Shown in pieces: positions 54,295-63,834 of a stretch of DNA of 64,000 bases. A program made the translations under genes and the position numbers. Under the pieces are notes generated by a model, which was given only the letters and a program-made list of their open reading frames with translations, was not told the DNA's origin and ran no database searches. Origin of the DNA: an uncultured Chryseobacterium sp. (GTDB lineage Bacteria > Bacteroidota > Bacteroidia > UBA10329). Every line of letters starts with the position of its first letter. The stretch's first letter is position 1. The stretch spans positions 433,000-496,999 of the forward strand of contig CAZCNS010000001.1 of assembly GCA_964500205.1 (NCBI GenBank), written 5' to 3'.

Positions 54295-55463
54295 CGCGAT
54301 TCCATAACATAATTAACACTTTTTACAAACTTCTCATAGTAGTGCTCAAAAGTAATAGATTCCGTGGCCTTTGTGAATGAAGCCTCCGCCATTTTATCTC
54401 GAATATCGGCATTCATATATAGATACTCCACCTTTTCACAAATAATATCCGCACTAATCTTGTCGAGAACGAACCCATTGCTTTTGTCTATTAGGTCATG
54501 CTCCGTTCCATCCGCGTAACCAGAAATTACTGGAAGACGGTTGAGCATCCCCTCATAAATAGCGAGCCCTCCTAATCCTGGAAGCACCATAACCTGACAG
54601 CGTCCAAGAATCTGGGATGCACCATGGTTGATGCGGCCATGAAGAACCACTCTGCTTGAGCCCCCCGCATAGCCTCGCAGTTTGTCCATATGCTGACCAT
54701 CACCAATGACATGCAGACTGAATCGGTCGCCATGTTTTCGATTAAGCATAAGTATAGCATCAATCAGCACCTCAAGATTCTTTTCTGGGGTTATCGTGCC
54801 GATGAATGCCACATTGAACTCGCCAAAACCAGTCTCGTCAGCAGCAAGATGAGAGCAGCTTTTAATTTCCTTTAGCTTCTTTTCTGTATCAAGTACGTTG
54901 ACAGCAATGAAAATTCTTTCAGAGGGAACACCGTTGTCCAGGAAGAACTGACGACCTTGATTACTGTAGGTGAATATCGCGTCTGAATGCTTGGCAATAA
55001 AAAGTTCCCATTTGTGAATCACGCCTCTCCAGCCAGTGTACTTCTTACCCTTGAGACTGCCCAAGCTCCACCAAATAATTCTCTTGCGCATCAACTTGCT
55101 GTAAAAGAACACCTGTGTCGCATTCAGTAAAGAGGAAGCTCCTTCGCTAAGTATAACTTCGGGTCGCCAAAGAAGTAGCTGGCACAGCAAGAATGGACTG
55201 AAGGGAATGCTTACCCTGCCCACGCGAATGCGCCAGTCTTTAACCAACGTACTTTTCACGGCCGAATCAGACAACTTAGTGTTCTGAAGCTTTGTTCCCA
55301 TTTCACCCCGTCCGTGAAAAACGCGAAACTTGAATCGGCTATCTAAGCATAAACGCTCATAAAACGGCAGACGATAGTGCATTACGACCTGATACACACA
55401 TGCTAACCTAATCGGTCTACTTGAGCCCGAACTACTTTCTACATATATATTCATGTCATCCAT
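54291..55463 (-). CDS. Glycosyltransferase family 4
   Basis: The GT4 C-terminal domain (..FIGTITPEKNLEVLIDA..LHVIGDG.., ..MVLPGLGGLAIYEGMLNRLPVI..) is present at a size of 390 aa. Confidence 0.75.
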   Translation of the reverse strand: MDDMNIYVESSSGSSRPIRLACVYQVVMHYRLPFYERLCLDSRFKFRVFHGRGEMGTKLQNTKLSDSAVKSTLVKDWRIRVGRVSIPFSPFLLCQLLLWRPEVILSEGASSLLNATQVFFYSKLMRKRIIWWSLGSLKGKKYTGWRGVIHKWELFIAKHSDAIFTYSNQGRQFFLDNGVPSERIFIAVNVLDTEKKLKEIKSCSHLAADETGFGEFNVAFIGTITPEKNLEVLIDAILMLNRKHGDRFSLHVIGDGQHMDKLRGYAGGSSRVVLHGRINHGASQILGRCQVMVLPGLGGLAIYEGMLNRLPVISGYADGTEHDLIDKSNGFVLDKISADIICEKVEYLYMNADIRDKMAEASFTKATESITFEHYYEKFVKSVNYVMESR

Positions 55464-55963
55464 TGCGCAAATATCGAGGGGAGCAACCCTCGAATTTCTC
55501 GTATTTCAACCAACTACTTCCCACCGTCACATTACTGCCCTTTTTGATAGAACCCCTTTGGTTCGCTCATTACAACTCGCTTGGGAGTCCAACAACAACA
55601 CGAATATAACATTAATTCTTAACATAACTCTAGTCTCATAAAATTGTTGGCAATGCAACTCCAGCCGCATCAGCCACTTAGGCTGTCCATCGAAATTCAT
55701 GTCCTTTCAAGTTAATCCTCGCAACACCTCCCAACTATCATGTCAAACAGGTTTAATCGTAAATACCCCATCAAAAACGGACTTACATCTGGGTACTCAT
55801 CCAATTTCAGATCAAATTGTTTAGCCATGAATACACTAGCGCGATGCTGTTTCTTACATCGTTTACTGTACCTCCTTAGACCATCTCCAATCATTTCCAT
55901 TTCCTTACGTTTAATCTCGACACAACACATAATAAACTGAGTTACTATCGCTCTTTTCATTAC

Positions 55964-57268
55964 CTACAGAGATTTTTTCATAATTTTATTCAACATAACC
56001 AAGAATAATAGACCTGTTGCATAGCCATAACTCAAAAATATTGTGTGATATTCCGTATTGACAAGATTTATGCAACACACCGCACACAAACACACCGCAA
56101 CTAATTTCAGTACCAACTTTAAGTTAACCACTATTTTGAGCACCCAATCTAACAACAAAATTAAAACTGGCACCAAAATGTACGATATGTATCCGAAGTA
56201 ACTATAATACGAAAAAAACACTGACGTATTCATCAGACCAGACTCCACGGACACATTCTCATTAAAATAGTTCATAAGGTAGTTGGACACCACCACGGGC
56301 GTTTCAGATGTAAAAGATTGCAAGAAGCTCACGCCCTTAAATCCCCAAAACCCATGTCGTTGTACATATTCTATCCAATTAACACCTGTTATCACAGGAA
56401 CACTAAAGGTCCTGTGCATAACAATTGTCTCATAGCCAATCAAAATGTTATCAAGCGACAATCCCATGTTAAACTTTCGCAACTGTAATACCACTGGAAT
56501 CAACAAAACAACCAGAATCGACAACACCCATTTAGCTGGCTTAAGCTTAAACTTCGTAGTCATAATTACTGGCATAAAACTTCCCAGCAAAACATACACC
56601 CCATGCGAGCGGGCGCCTGACAAAGACGACAGAAACACAACACCTAGCAAGATAATGAGAACCGGCACGGCAGCCGTAAACCTTCGATAACCAAAAAGAA
56701 CCTTAACCTTATATACACAATACATAGCAACAATGACCGCTAGAGTTTTGTTGAAAAATACATAACTGTATCTAACACCAGTACTTGCCAACTTCAAAGA
56801 CTCTTCCCTAGCCACAACTGCCAAGTAAACATCTCCACCTGCAAATGATTGGTAAAGCCCTGTCTTTCGCCACGGCACATTAAGGAAATAGAATAGTAAA
56901 ATGGGAGTGCTAATTAAAACGCAAATAATTACCATCCTCTTCCAGAACATTTCATTCTCCACAAAATCAAAACCTTGCAGCGCGTCATAAATTTGTCTGC
57001 TCGACCGATTAAACGTGAAACGCGTCACCAGCACAATAAACAAGGGCAACACTTGCGACAGAAAATAGAAATCATACGGATGGAAAAGTCTTTCATAGGC
57101 ATCTACCGCAAAAAACATAGCAGGCCATTGAATCTGCAAGTGCACAAACACTAAACACCAGACGCTGGGTTTTACAAGCAAGTGACGCCTTTTGGTCACC
57201 ATTTCATAAATCATGATGCCCGTGAAAGCTGCAGTGACTATGAATAATAACTGATACAGGTAAAACAT
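55964..57268 (-). CDS. Wzy-like oligosaccharide repeat-unit polymerase / O-antigen-ligase-family polytopic membrane protein
   Basis: It has about 10-12 TM helices, is very AT-rich and poorly conserved, and sits between glycosyltransferase and flippase genes, as Wzy typically does. Confidence 0.5.
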   Translation of the reverse strand: MFYLYQLLFIVTAAFTGIMIYEMVTKRRHLLVKPSVWCLVFVHLQIQWPAMFFAVDAYERLFHPYDFYFLSQVLPLFIVLVTRFTFNRSSRQIYDALQGFDFVENEMFWKRMVIICVLISTPILLFYFLNVPWRKTGLYQSFAGGDVYLAVVAREESLKLASTGVRYSYVFFNKTLAVIVAMYCVYKVKVLFGYRRFTAAVPVLIILLGVVFLSSLSGARSHGVYVLLGSFMPVIMTTKFKLKPAKWVLSILVVLLIPVVLQLRKFNMGLSLDNILIGYETIVMHRTFSVPVITGVNWIEYVQRHGFWGFKGVSFLQSFTSETPVVVSNYLMNYFNENVSVESGLMNTSVFFSYYSYFGYISYILVPVLILLLDWVLKIVVNLKLVLKLVAVCLCAVCCINLVNTEYHTIFLSYGYATGLLFLVMLNKIMKKSL

Positions 57269-57271
57269 GAC

Positions 57272-58663
57272 CTATTCGACAACTCTAACAACAGAATGAA
57301 ACGTTACATATTCCTTTCTACACTCATATAACAAGAATACAAAGGCTGTAACGAAGCTACACACAGACACAACAACGTACTGACCTGCAAAATACCAACT
57401 AACAACAATGAACAAAACTAACGAAAATACCGATAGCACCCATCGCCAATATTCAGGAGAGTTCACACTCATAACACCGACACATAGGTGAGTGACTAAC
57501 GATAACGTACCATACGTGATAAGTGTAGCAACCGCTGCACCTTCCAAGCCCATTTCTGGGATCAAGACCGCGTTCAAAACAAGGTTGATGCCTGCCGAAA
57601 ACAGGGTGGTAGCAGCAACTACATGCGTTTTCGCCCTGATCGCAAGTTCATAATTTGCTATTGTATGAAACGGGATAAGCAAATGAGCTGCGAGAATAAA
57701 CTTCAGACACAGCGCTCCCTCCAAATAGTCATGTGACACCAGCGGCAGTATGAGCGGTCTAAAAGCCCAATCAATGATTATTGAGGCAAAAAGTGCAAAA
57801 ACTAAAACAAATAATAAATAAAACCTAAGCACTGCCCTATACTTATCAACATCGTGCTGATAACGATATGCCAGTGGCTCGAAGTACGAAGCAACGGCAC
57901 CATAAAAGAAAAAGATACTACTCCCTACCGAATACACAAAAGTGTACACACCGAGTGAACGCATGTCTAAATAGCCCTCCAAGAAGAACCTATCTGCATA
58001 ACTAAGGATATTACCGCTCATTGCGTGAAAGAGGAGAGGTGCCCCGAAAAGTAAAATCGTAGCATAATTCTTACTTGCACGCCAGGCATCTCTGCTCCGG
58101 ACTGCAATCAGTAATTGAGTTCTGAAAATCACCGCAAACAGAAGCCCTGATACTACTGCAGCGAGAACATAACCAATGCCAGACTCAGTATACCAAATGC
58201 AAAGCAAGACCAGAACGGATTTCACTGCCTGATAAAATAATCTGGTCCTCCAAAAAAGCCTCATATCCTCTATCATCCGAGAATGAGCCATTAACAAGCG
58301 CGCAAAACTCTGAAAAAATACCGATACGATTAGAAGTAATAACCATGGAAATAGTAGCACTCCAAAAAATTCCTCGAACCAAACAGATAACAATCCAAAC
58401 ACCAGTAACACTAAAACCACAAAAACGACAACACTTCTTATCGCATAGTTCAACACGCCAAATCCATAAGCGTGGAACTTAAAGATGGACTTCTCCTGGC
58501 CCATCAGAGCCAGATTCCCTAGGATTCCTTCCATCGCTACAAGCAACCCGACCATTCCATAATCCGATGGTTCAAGGATAAGGGGTAGAATCGCCAGCGT
58601 AGACCAATTCAACCCTTTACTAACTGCCTCAGCACCTGAAAAACTAAGAAATCTTCTCAACAA
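57272..58663 (-). CDS. Wzx-type polysaccharide flippase (MOP/PST superfamily)
   Basis: It is 463 aa with 12-14 TM helices. The N-terminus (..FSGAEAVSKGLNWSTLAILPLIL..) and overall architecture are typical of O-unit flippases. Confidence 0.6.
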   Translation of the reverse strand: MLRRFLSFSGAEAVSKGLNWSTLAILPLILEPSDYGMVGLLVAMEGILGNLALMGQEKSIFKFHAYGFGVLNYAIRSVVVFVVLVLLVFGLLSVWFEEFFGVLLFPWLLLLIVSVFFQSFARLLMAHSRMIEDMRLFWRTRLFYQAVKSVLVLLCIWYTESGIGYVLAAVVSGLLFAVIFRTQLLIAVRSRDAWRASKNYATILLFGAPLLFHAMSGNILSYADRFFLEGYLDMRSLGVYTFVYSVGSSIFFFYGAVASYFEPLAYRYQHDVDKYRAVLRFYLLFVLVFALFASIIIDWAFRPLILPLVSHDYLEGALCLKFILAAHLLIPFHTIANYELAIRAKTHVVAATTLFSAGINLVLNAVLIPEMGLEGAAVATLITYGTLSLVTHLCVGVMSVNSPEYWRWVLSVFSLVLFIVVSWYFAGQYVVVSVCSFVTAFVFLLYECRKEYVTFHSVVRVVE

Positions 58664-58701
58664 GATATGAATGATTAAAATTCAAATTCAATAAATTATT
58701 T

Positions 58702-59754
58702 TCAGCTTACAAGCGCTTTAAATCTCAATAGCGGCTTTTCAAACAGATAAAAGGATAGTGTAGGAATTACTAAACACAACATCAGCAGACCTAAACCAGT
58801 TGATATTGAAATAGTATTACTGCCATCCATGTGCGACACCCCGAAGTAATACAAAATTGGGAGGTGAAATAGGTACAATCCGTAACTTATTTTTCCAATG
58901 AACTCGAAAACTGGGTTACAAAGCAGCGTAACGATGAAGCCTTCCTGCGAACGATGTTGCATAACAATCACCCAAATCAACAAGGACACTGATGCCCCAG
59001 CAGACAAAATGAATCTATATAAAGCAATCAAATTCACGTCATCTATCATGTGTGTTGCAATCAACGCCACCAATAAAATTACCAGAATTGTTGACAGATA
59101 ATTAATCACATTTCTCGAAAGCATGTAAATATGGTTCTCAAAAAAAGCAAGCAGTGAACCTAACGAAATGGTCAAGACCCTAATGTGCGAAGCTTTATTT
59201 ACTAAAGCCGGACCAAAATCACTCGTTAAAAGTGCAACTACTGCACTTCCAATCGCTAATACTGGAACGATATACATTATAACCCTCTTGGCATTGACCA
59301 ATGACAGAGAGCTAATAATCAACGGCCAAATAAGGTAGAAATGCTCTTCCACACACAATGACCAAGTATGACGAAGGGCATTGGGCGCAGAATCAATGGC
59401 AAAATAATAATTAGACAGGTACGCGGCCGACCAACCAAGGTTCTCCCACGAAATAATGACTCCAACAAAAAGAATTACTAAATAATACAACGGAAAAATA
59501 CGAACGGTCCTTTTCCAGTAAAAACGTTTAAAGCTTAATCTCCCCTCGCTTTTCTCCCTTAGCAATATTCGAGTTATCAAAAATCCACTTAAGGCAAAAA
59601 AAATATCGACCCCCAGATATCCCGCGTATATCAATCTAGAAGACCTCTGAAAGTTCTCCAATAACATTCCACCATCCATGAGTGGAAAATGAGCCCACAG
59701 CACCATCAATGCTGCAATCCCACGAAGCCCGTCAAGCGCCCTTATCTTACCCAC
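58702..59754 (-). CDS. Acyltransferase family 3 membrane protein (OatA/OafA-like polysaccharide O-acyltransferase)
   Basis: MGKIRALDGLRGIAALMVLWAHF.. is the hallmark N-terminus. It has about 10 TM helices. Confidence 0.8.
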   Translation of the reverse strand: MGKIRALDGLRGIAALMVLWAHFPLMDGGMLLENFQRSSRLIYAGYLGVDIFFALSGFLITRILLREKSEGRLSFKRFYWKRTVRIFPLYYLVILFVGVIISWENLGWSAAYLSNYYFAIDSAPNALRHTWSLCVEEHFYLIWPLIISSLSLVNAKRVIMYIVPVLAIGSAVVALLTSDFGPALVNKASHIRVLTISLGSLLAFFENHIYMLSRNVINYLSTILVILLVALIATHMIDDVNLIALYRFILSAGASVSLLIWVIVMQHRSQEGFIVTLLCNPVFEFIGKISYGLYLFHLPILYYFGVSHMDGSNTISISTGLGLLMLCLVIPTLSFYLFEKPLLRFKALVS

Positions 59755-60069
59755 GACTATTCAAGTAAAAACTAGTGTAAACAATCTCAAACATAGAAAA
59801 TCAAACCAGCACAATCTGATAATTCTTTAATAATCAATCTAAACCAATACTCTTACAGAATTAAGCTTCCCGAAATCTAACGTATTAATACAAATGATTC
59901 AAGGAAATTATCTTAACTACGACACCACGCAACGTATGAACTAAATCCGCCAAACAATAAACGAATGACTCAATACTGAGTTTCAATTATCAAATCAACG
60001 AACAAATCAAATAATAAAATCAATACTCTCTAATTTTCATTTCGGGCATGTAGGCCCTCGACTTACACA

Positions 60070-61680
60070 CTACCACCCCAACAACCTCAGATAAGCCCGT
60101 TTATCAATAGCGGTGGCTGCAAGGATGCCGCTGGTCATTCCAGAGATGACACCCAGCGTGGCCACGTCCACACCACCCATAAAGAAGTTCTTGATGGGTG
60201 TGCGCACCCGCAGTGGCTCGCAGGTGAAACGCTGTGGGCTGGCCGAGAGACCATAAATGGCCCCTTGACTGGCGCGGGCATAGTGCGCAGCTGTGAGCGG
60301 GGTGCTCAGTTCGCAGAACTCAAGGTGCTGCATGATGTCTGGCAGTCGCAGCTTTAGTTCCATCAACATACGCTCCTCGATGTCCTTTTTCAACGCCTCG
60401 TAGTCCGGCTCACGGTCACCGAACTCGGTGTGCTGCCATTGGGCAAAATTATCCCAATCTACGAAGGTGACGCATTCACCTGTATGCATCTGCTCAGGGC
60501 CGGCATCATGGTCGGGGTCTTTCAGTGAAGGGAATGACACATAGAGCAGGTGAGGCCGCTCATTGGGGTTGGCAATGTCCCAAAGTTGGGTATCATTATT
60601 ATCAATGGTGTAGAGCCACATGTTGCCCGACTTCGCCCCTTCCGCCCTGATGTCGCCCTTGAAGGCGAGGTTGAGACACAGGTAAGGCGGGCTGTCGGGA
60701 ATGGCGCGGATCTCCTCGGCCCAGGGCTGTAAGCGGTAAGGTTCGGGCAACAGACGATTGACGGTCGTCTTGGCTCCAGCAGCAGAAATTACGTACTTGG
60801 AACGGATGGTGGTTCCGTCTTCCATCTTAACTCCGACCGCCTTACCATCCTTAACGATCACCTCCTTCACGTTGGCTTTGGTCAGCACCTTGCCTCCGTT
60901 GTTCAGCACATTCGCCAGCATGGCCTCGGCAAACACCTTGGCACCGCCCTGCGGGTAGCGCGCCCCGTTCCAGAAATGCGTGTGTGTGAGGGCATGGACT
61001 CCGAATGCCGACTCTTTCGGCACACTGCCATAGTAGCCCCAGTGCGAAGTGAGCGCGAGCTTCAGGTCTTTCGAGAAATTGAACTGGCTGATGACCTCTT
61101 CAGTGGTCATAGCCCAGTAGTTCTTGAAAAAGAGGCCGTACCAGATCTTCGCAAGGATGCGCTCCAGCCAAAGCGGAAGCGTCTGGAAAAGGAAGAGCGC
61201 TTTGCTGGCGATGTCAGCACGGAGCACGGTCTTCACATAGCGGTCTATCTCATCTACCTCATTTGGGAACTGAGCCTTGAGACTGTCAATCAGTTTGTCC
61301 TTGCCCTCAGGCATGTGGAAGGTGTAGCCATGTGGGAAATAAAAACTGTCGAACGGGTCGCCCAATGAGTTCATGGTCACCTCTCCGTTGGTAAGCCACT
61401 TGAGCATCTCAAAGGGAATCTCACCCGGGGTCATCTCGCCCATCACGTGAACGCCCACATCCCACTTAAAACCCTTGCGACCGAACATGTGGGTGAACCC
61501 TCCCGGCACATAGTGCTGCTCAAGGAGTAAGACTTTCCGACCCAACTTCGACAAGGTGGCAGCGCAGCTCATGCCGCCCATGCCACTGCCGATCACGATC
61601 ACATCCCAAGGGCCTTCGGCAAGTTTCGGGCTGTAATGCTCGTACACGCGCTTGCCGTTGCGCATCGGGATAGCTGACAT
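60070..61680 (-). CDS. CrtI-like NAD(P)/FAD-dependent oxidoreductase (phytoene desaturase/carotenoid isomerase superfamily; substrate unknown)
   Basis: It has ..WDVIVIGSGMGGMSCAATLSKLGRKVLLLEQHYVPGGF.. (dinucleotide-binding). Its length of 536 aa is typical of CrtISO/retinol-saturase-like members. Confidence 0.7.
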   Translation of the reverse strand: MSAIPMRNGKRVYEHYSPKLAEGPWDVIVIGSGMGGMSCAATLSKLGRKVLLLEQHYVPGGFTHMFGRKGFKWDVGVHVMGEMTPGEIPFEMLKWLTNGEVTMNSLGDPFDSFYFPHGYTFHMPEGKDKLIDSLKAQFPNEVDEIDRYVKTVLRADIASKALFLFQTLPLWLERILAKIWYGLFFKNYWAMTTEEVISQFNFSKDLKLALTSHWGYYGSVPKESAFGVHALTHTHFWNGARYPQGGAKVFAEAMLANVLNNGGKVLTKANVKEVIVKDGKAVGVKMEDGTTIRSKYVISAAGAKTTVNRLLPEPYRLQPWAEEIRAIPDSPPYLCLNLAFKGDIRAEGAKSGNMWLYTIDNNDTQLWDIANPNERPHLLYVSFPSLKDPDHDAGPEQMHTGECVTFVDWDNFAQWQHTEFGDREPDYEALKKDIEERMLMELKLRLPDIMQHLEFCELSTPLTAAHYARASQGAIYGLSASPQRFTCEPLRVRTPIKNFFMGGVDVATLGVISGMTSGILAATAIDKRAYLRLLGW

Positions 61681-61748
61681 CGGGCCGATAAGTTCGTTTG
61701 GGCGGCAATGTTAAGGAAACTTACCACCAGATTCAGCCCTTGAACAAA

Positions 61749-62828
61749 TCAAGCCGCAACAGCCAGATGCTCGGGATACTTTTCCCGCAGCTTGTTCACC
61801 CGTGGGTTCATCACCGCGAACCACAGTGGCGGCACCAGCGACAGCATGATCATACCAGGATAGCCCGTGGGCATCTGAGGCGAGTCGTCAAAATGGCGCA
61901 GCACCTGATAGGGGCGGCTGGCCATGTAGTGGTGGTCGCTGTGGCGCGACAGCTCGAACAGCAGCAGACGGCCCAACGCGTGGTTCGAGTTCCAACTGTG
62001 GATGGGAAGCACGCGCTGGTAGCCGCCCTTGTCTGAGGCATGACGCACAAGGCCGTAATGCTCGATGTAGTTCACCGTCTCCAGCAGCAGGAAGCCAATG
62101 GTGGAGGCCGCCAGCACTGCCAGCATCACCGTCACGTTGAACACCGCTGCCACCAGCGCGAGGAACCCGATCTGCACCAAGGCATAGAAGATCATCTCGT
62201 TGCTCCAATGGTACCAGGGTTTCCCAGCCTTCGCCAATCGGCCCAGTTCAATCTTCCATGCCGAGATATAGCCCATGATGACGGAGCGGAACCAGAAGGT
62301 ATAAACAATCTCGCCCTGTCGCGATGTGGCGGGGTCATCGGCCGTGCTCACGTTCTTGTGGTGGCCGCGGTTGTGCTCGATGAAGAAGTGCATGTACTGT
62401 GCGGTGAGCAGCAGCGCCTTGGCCATCCACTGCTCATACCACTTGTGGCGATGTCCCAGCTCGTGCGCCACGTTGATGCCAAAGGCCCCGCAACCGATGC
62501 CCATGGACACAACGAGTCCAGTGTATTCCCACCACGCCAGCCCAGGTGTCTGGATCACGAACATGAACGCGATGAACATGGCCCATTGCAGCGGCACGAT
62601 ACTATAGACCATCCAGTCATAGACGCGGCTTTTCTTGGCCACGTCCTCCTCTGCCTTGGTCATATTCTCTTGCGACCCCTTGGTGAGCAATTCCACAATA
62701 GGAACGAAGACGTATGCGTAAATAGGCACCCCCCAAGCCCACCAGCCGAATCGGGTGAAACCAAGGAATCCTATCACAGGAACCGTGTAAACAAAGAGGT
62801 ACTGGAGCATCCTGAAGTTCATGACCAT
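61749..62828 (-). CDS. alkB: Alkane 1-monooxygenase (AlkB-type integral-membrane di-iron hydroxylase)
   Basis: All AlkB histidine boxes are present: HELGHRH, EHNRGHH, LSRHSDHHY and the NYIEHYGL motif. It has 5-6 TM helices. Confidence 0.8.
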   Translation of the reverse strand: MVMNFRMLQYLFVYTVPVIGFLGFTRFGWWAWGVPIYAYVFVPIVELLTKGSQENMTKAEEDVAKKSRVYDWMVYSIVPLQWAMFIAFMFVIQTPGLAWWEYTGLVVSMGIGCGAFGINVAHELGHRHKWYEQWMAKALLLTAQYMHFFIEHNRGHHKNVSTADDPATSRQGEIVYTFWFRSVIMGYISAWKIELGRLAKAGKPWYHWSNEMIFYALVQIGFLALVAAVFNVTVMLAVLAASTIGFLLLETVNYIEHYGLVRHASDKGGYQRVLPIHSWNSNHALGRLLLFELSRHSDHHYMASRPYQVLRHFDDSPQMPTGYPGMIMLSLVPPLWFAVMNPRVNKLREKYPEHLAVAA

Positions 62829-62985
62829 CAGTTTTTTGAGGATTAGACAAGGCGAATGTAGGAATGTTTTCCGAAAGTAAACTATAATGAATGAAAAAGT
62901 TTACCTTACATTTGCTGGATATGCATTAGCCACAGCCAGCCCGGTTTTTTCGGGGGATGGACGGAAATGATGCATCGGAAAATTT

Positions 62986-63138
62986 AACCACATAGGGACA
63001 TAGAACACATAGAAGAACAGATTGGAATAGGCCCCACAGGGCGAGGCTGCACATAGCCCTATTTGAAACAGATTCATCTGTTTATTCTCTCTTCATCCTG
63101 AATGAGATTGCCTATGTGTTCTATGTCCCTATGTGGTT
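62986..63138. mobile_element. MITE-like element: 25-bp perfect terminal inverted repeats (CCACATAGGGACATAGAACACATAG ... CTATGTGTTCTATGTCCCTATGTGG) flanking an internal segment of about 99 bp that itself contains a palindrome
   Basis: The left arm 62988-63012 is the exact reverse complement of the right arm 63112-63136. Two more flanking pairs extend the repeat. The internal sequence contains aaacagat-tc-atctgttt (63065-63082). It lies in the 400-nt alkB-tetR divergent intergenic region. Confidence 0.55.
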
Positions 63139-63231
63139 CAAAATCAATTGTGCAATGGGCCGTCTTGCCATTCACGAGCGAATGATTGAAGGCCTCATCA
63201 AGCAAATGAACTGGTATTAGTTGAACAGAAC

Positions 63232-63831
63232 ATGGGAAGGCAGTCATTAGAGAAGGAGCGCATCCGCGACCCGAAGAAGCGGGAGACATGGGTGCGGCAA
63301 CTCATCCCGTACCTGATGGAACGCGGCATCCGTGGCATGTCCATGGACGAGATGGCCGCTGCGTTGGGCAAGTCGAAGGCCACGGTCTATAAGCACTTCG
63401 AGTCGCAGGAGGACATCATCGCGGTGGCGATAGCCCAGAAACTGGACGACCTGCGGCATTTCCAGCCCATTCTGGAAGATGCAGAAAAGAGCTATCAGGA
63501 CCGCTATGTGCTGGCCGTGGCCACCATCTCTCGCCATTTGGGCGATGTGAGCAACCTGTTCCTTTCTGACCTCAAGGCCATCTACCCAAACCTTTGGGAG
63601 CTTATCAACGCTTTCAAACAGTTCGCGCTTTCCGTGTTGAAGCGGTTTTACGAGGACGGCATCCGTGCGGGCGTGTTCAACGACATCGACACCGACATCA
63701 TGGTGCTGAGCGATGAGTTGTTCTTCGATGCGCTCACCAATCCTGAATACCTTACCGCCAAGGGCATCAACCTCAAGGATGCTTTCGAGAGCTACTTCAG
63801 AATGAGGTTTGACGGGATATTGAGACGGTGA
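63232..63831 (+). CDS. TetR/AcrR family transcriptional regulator
   Basis: The N-terminal HTH is ..GIRGMSMDEMAAALGKSKATVYKHFESQEDII.. and the C-terminal helical ligand domain follows. It is divergent from alkB. Confidence 0.85.
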   Translation: MGRQSLEKERIRDPKKRETWVRQLIPYLMERGIRGMSMDEMAAALGKSKATVYKHFESQEDIIAVAIAQKLDDLRHFQPILEDAEKSYQDRYVLAVATISRHLGDVSNLFLSDLKAIYPNLWELINAFKQFALSVLKRFYEDGIRAGVFNDIDTDIMVLSDELFFDALTNPEYLTAKGINLKDAFESYFRMRFDGILRR

Positions 63832-63834
63832 TTC

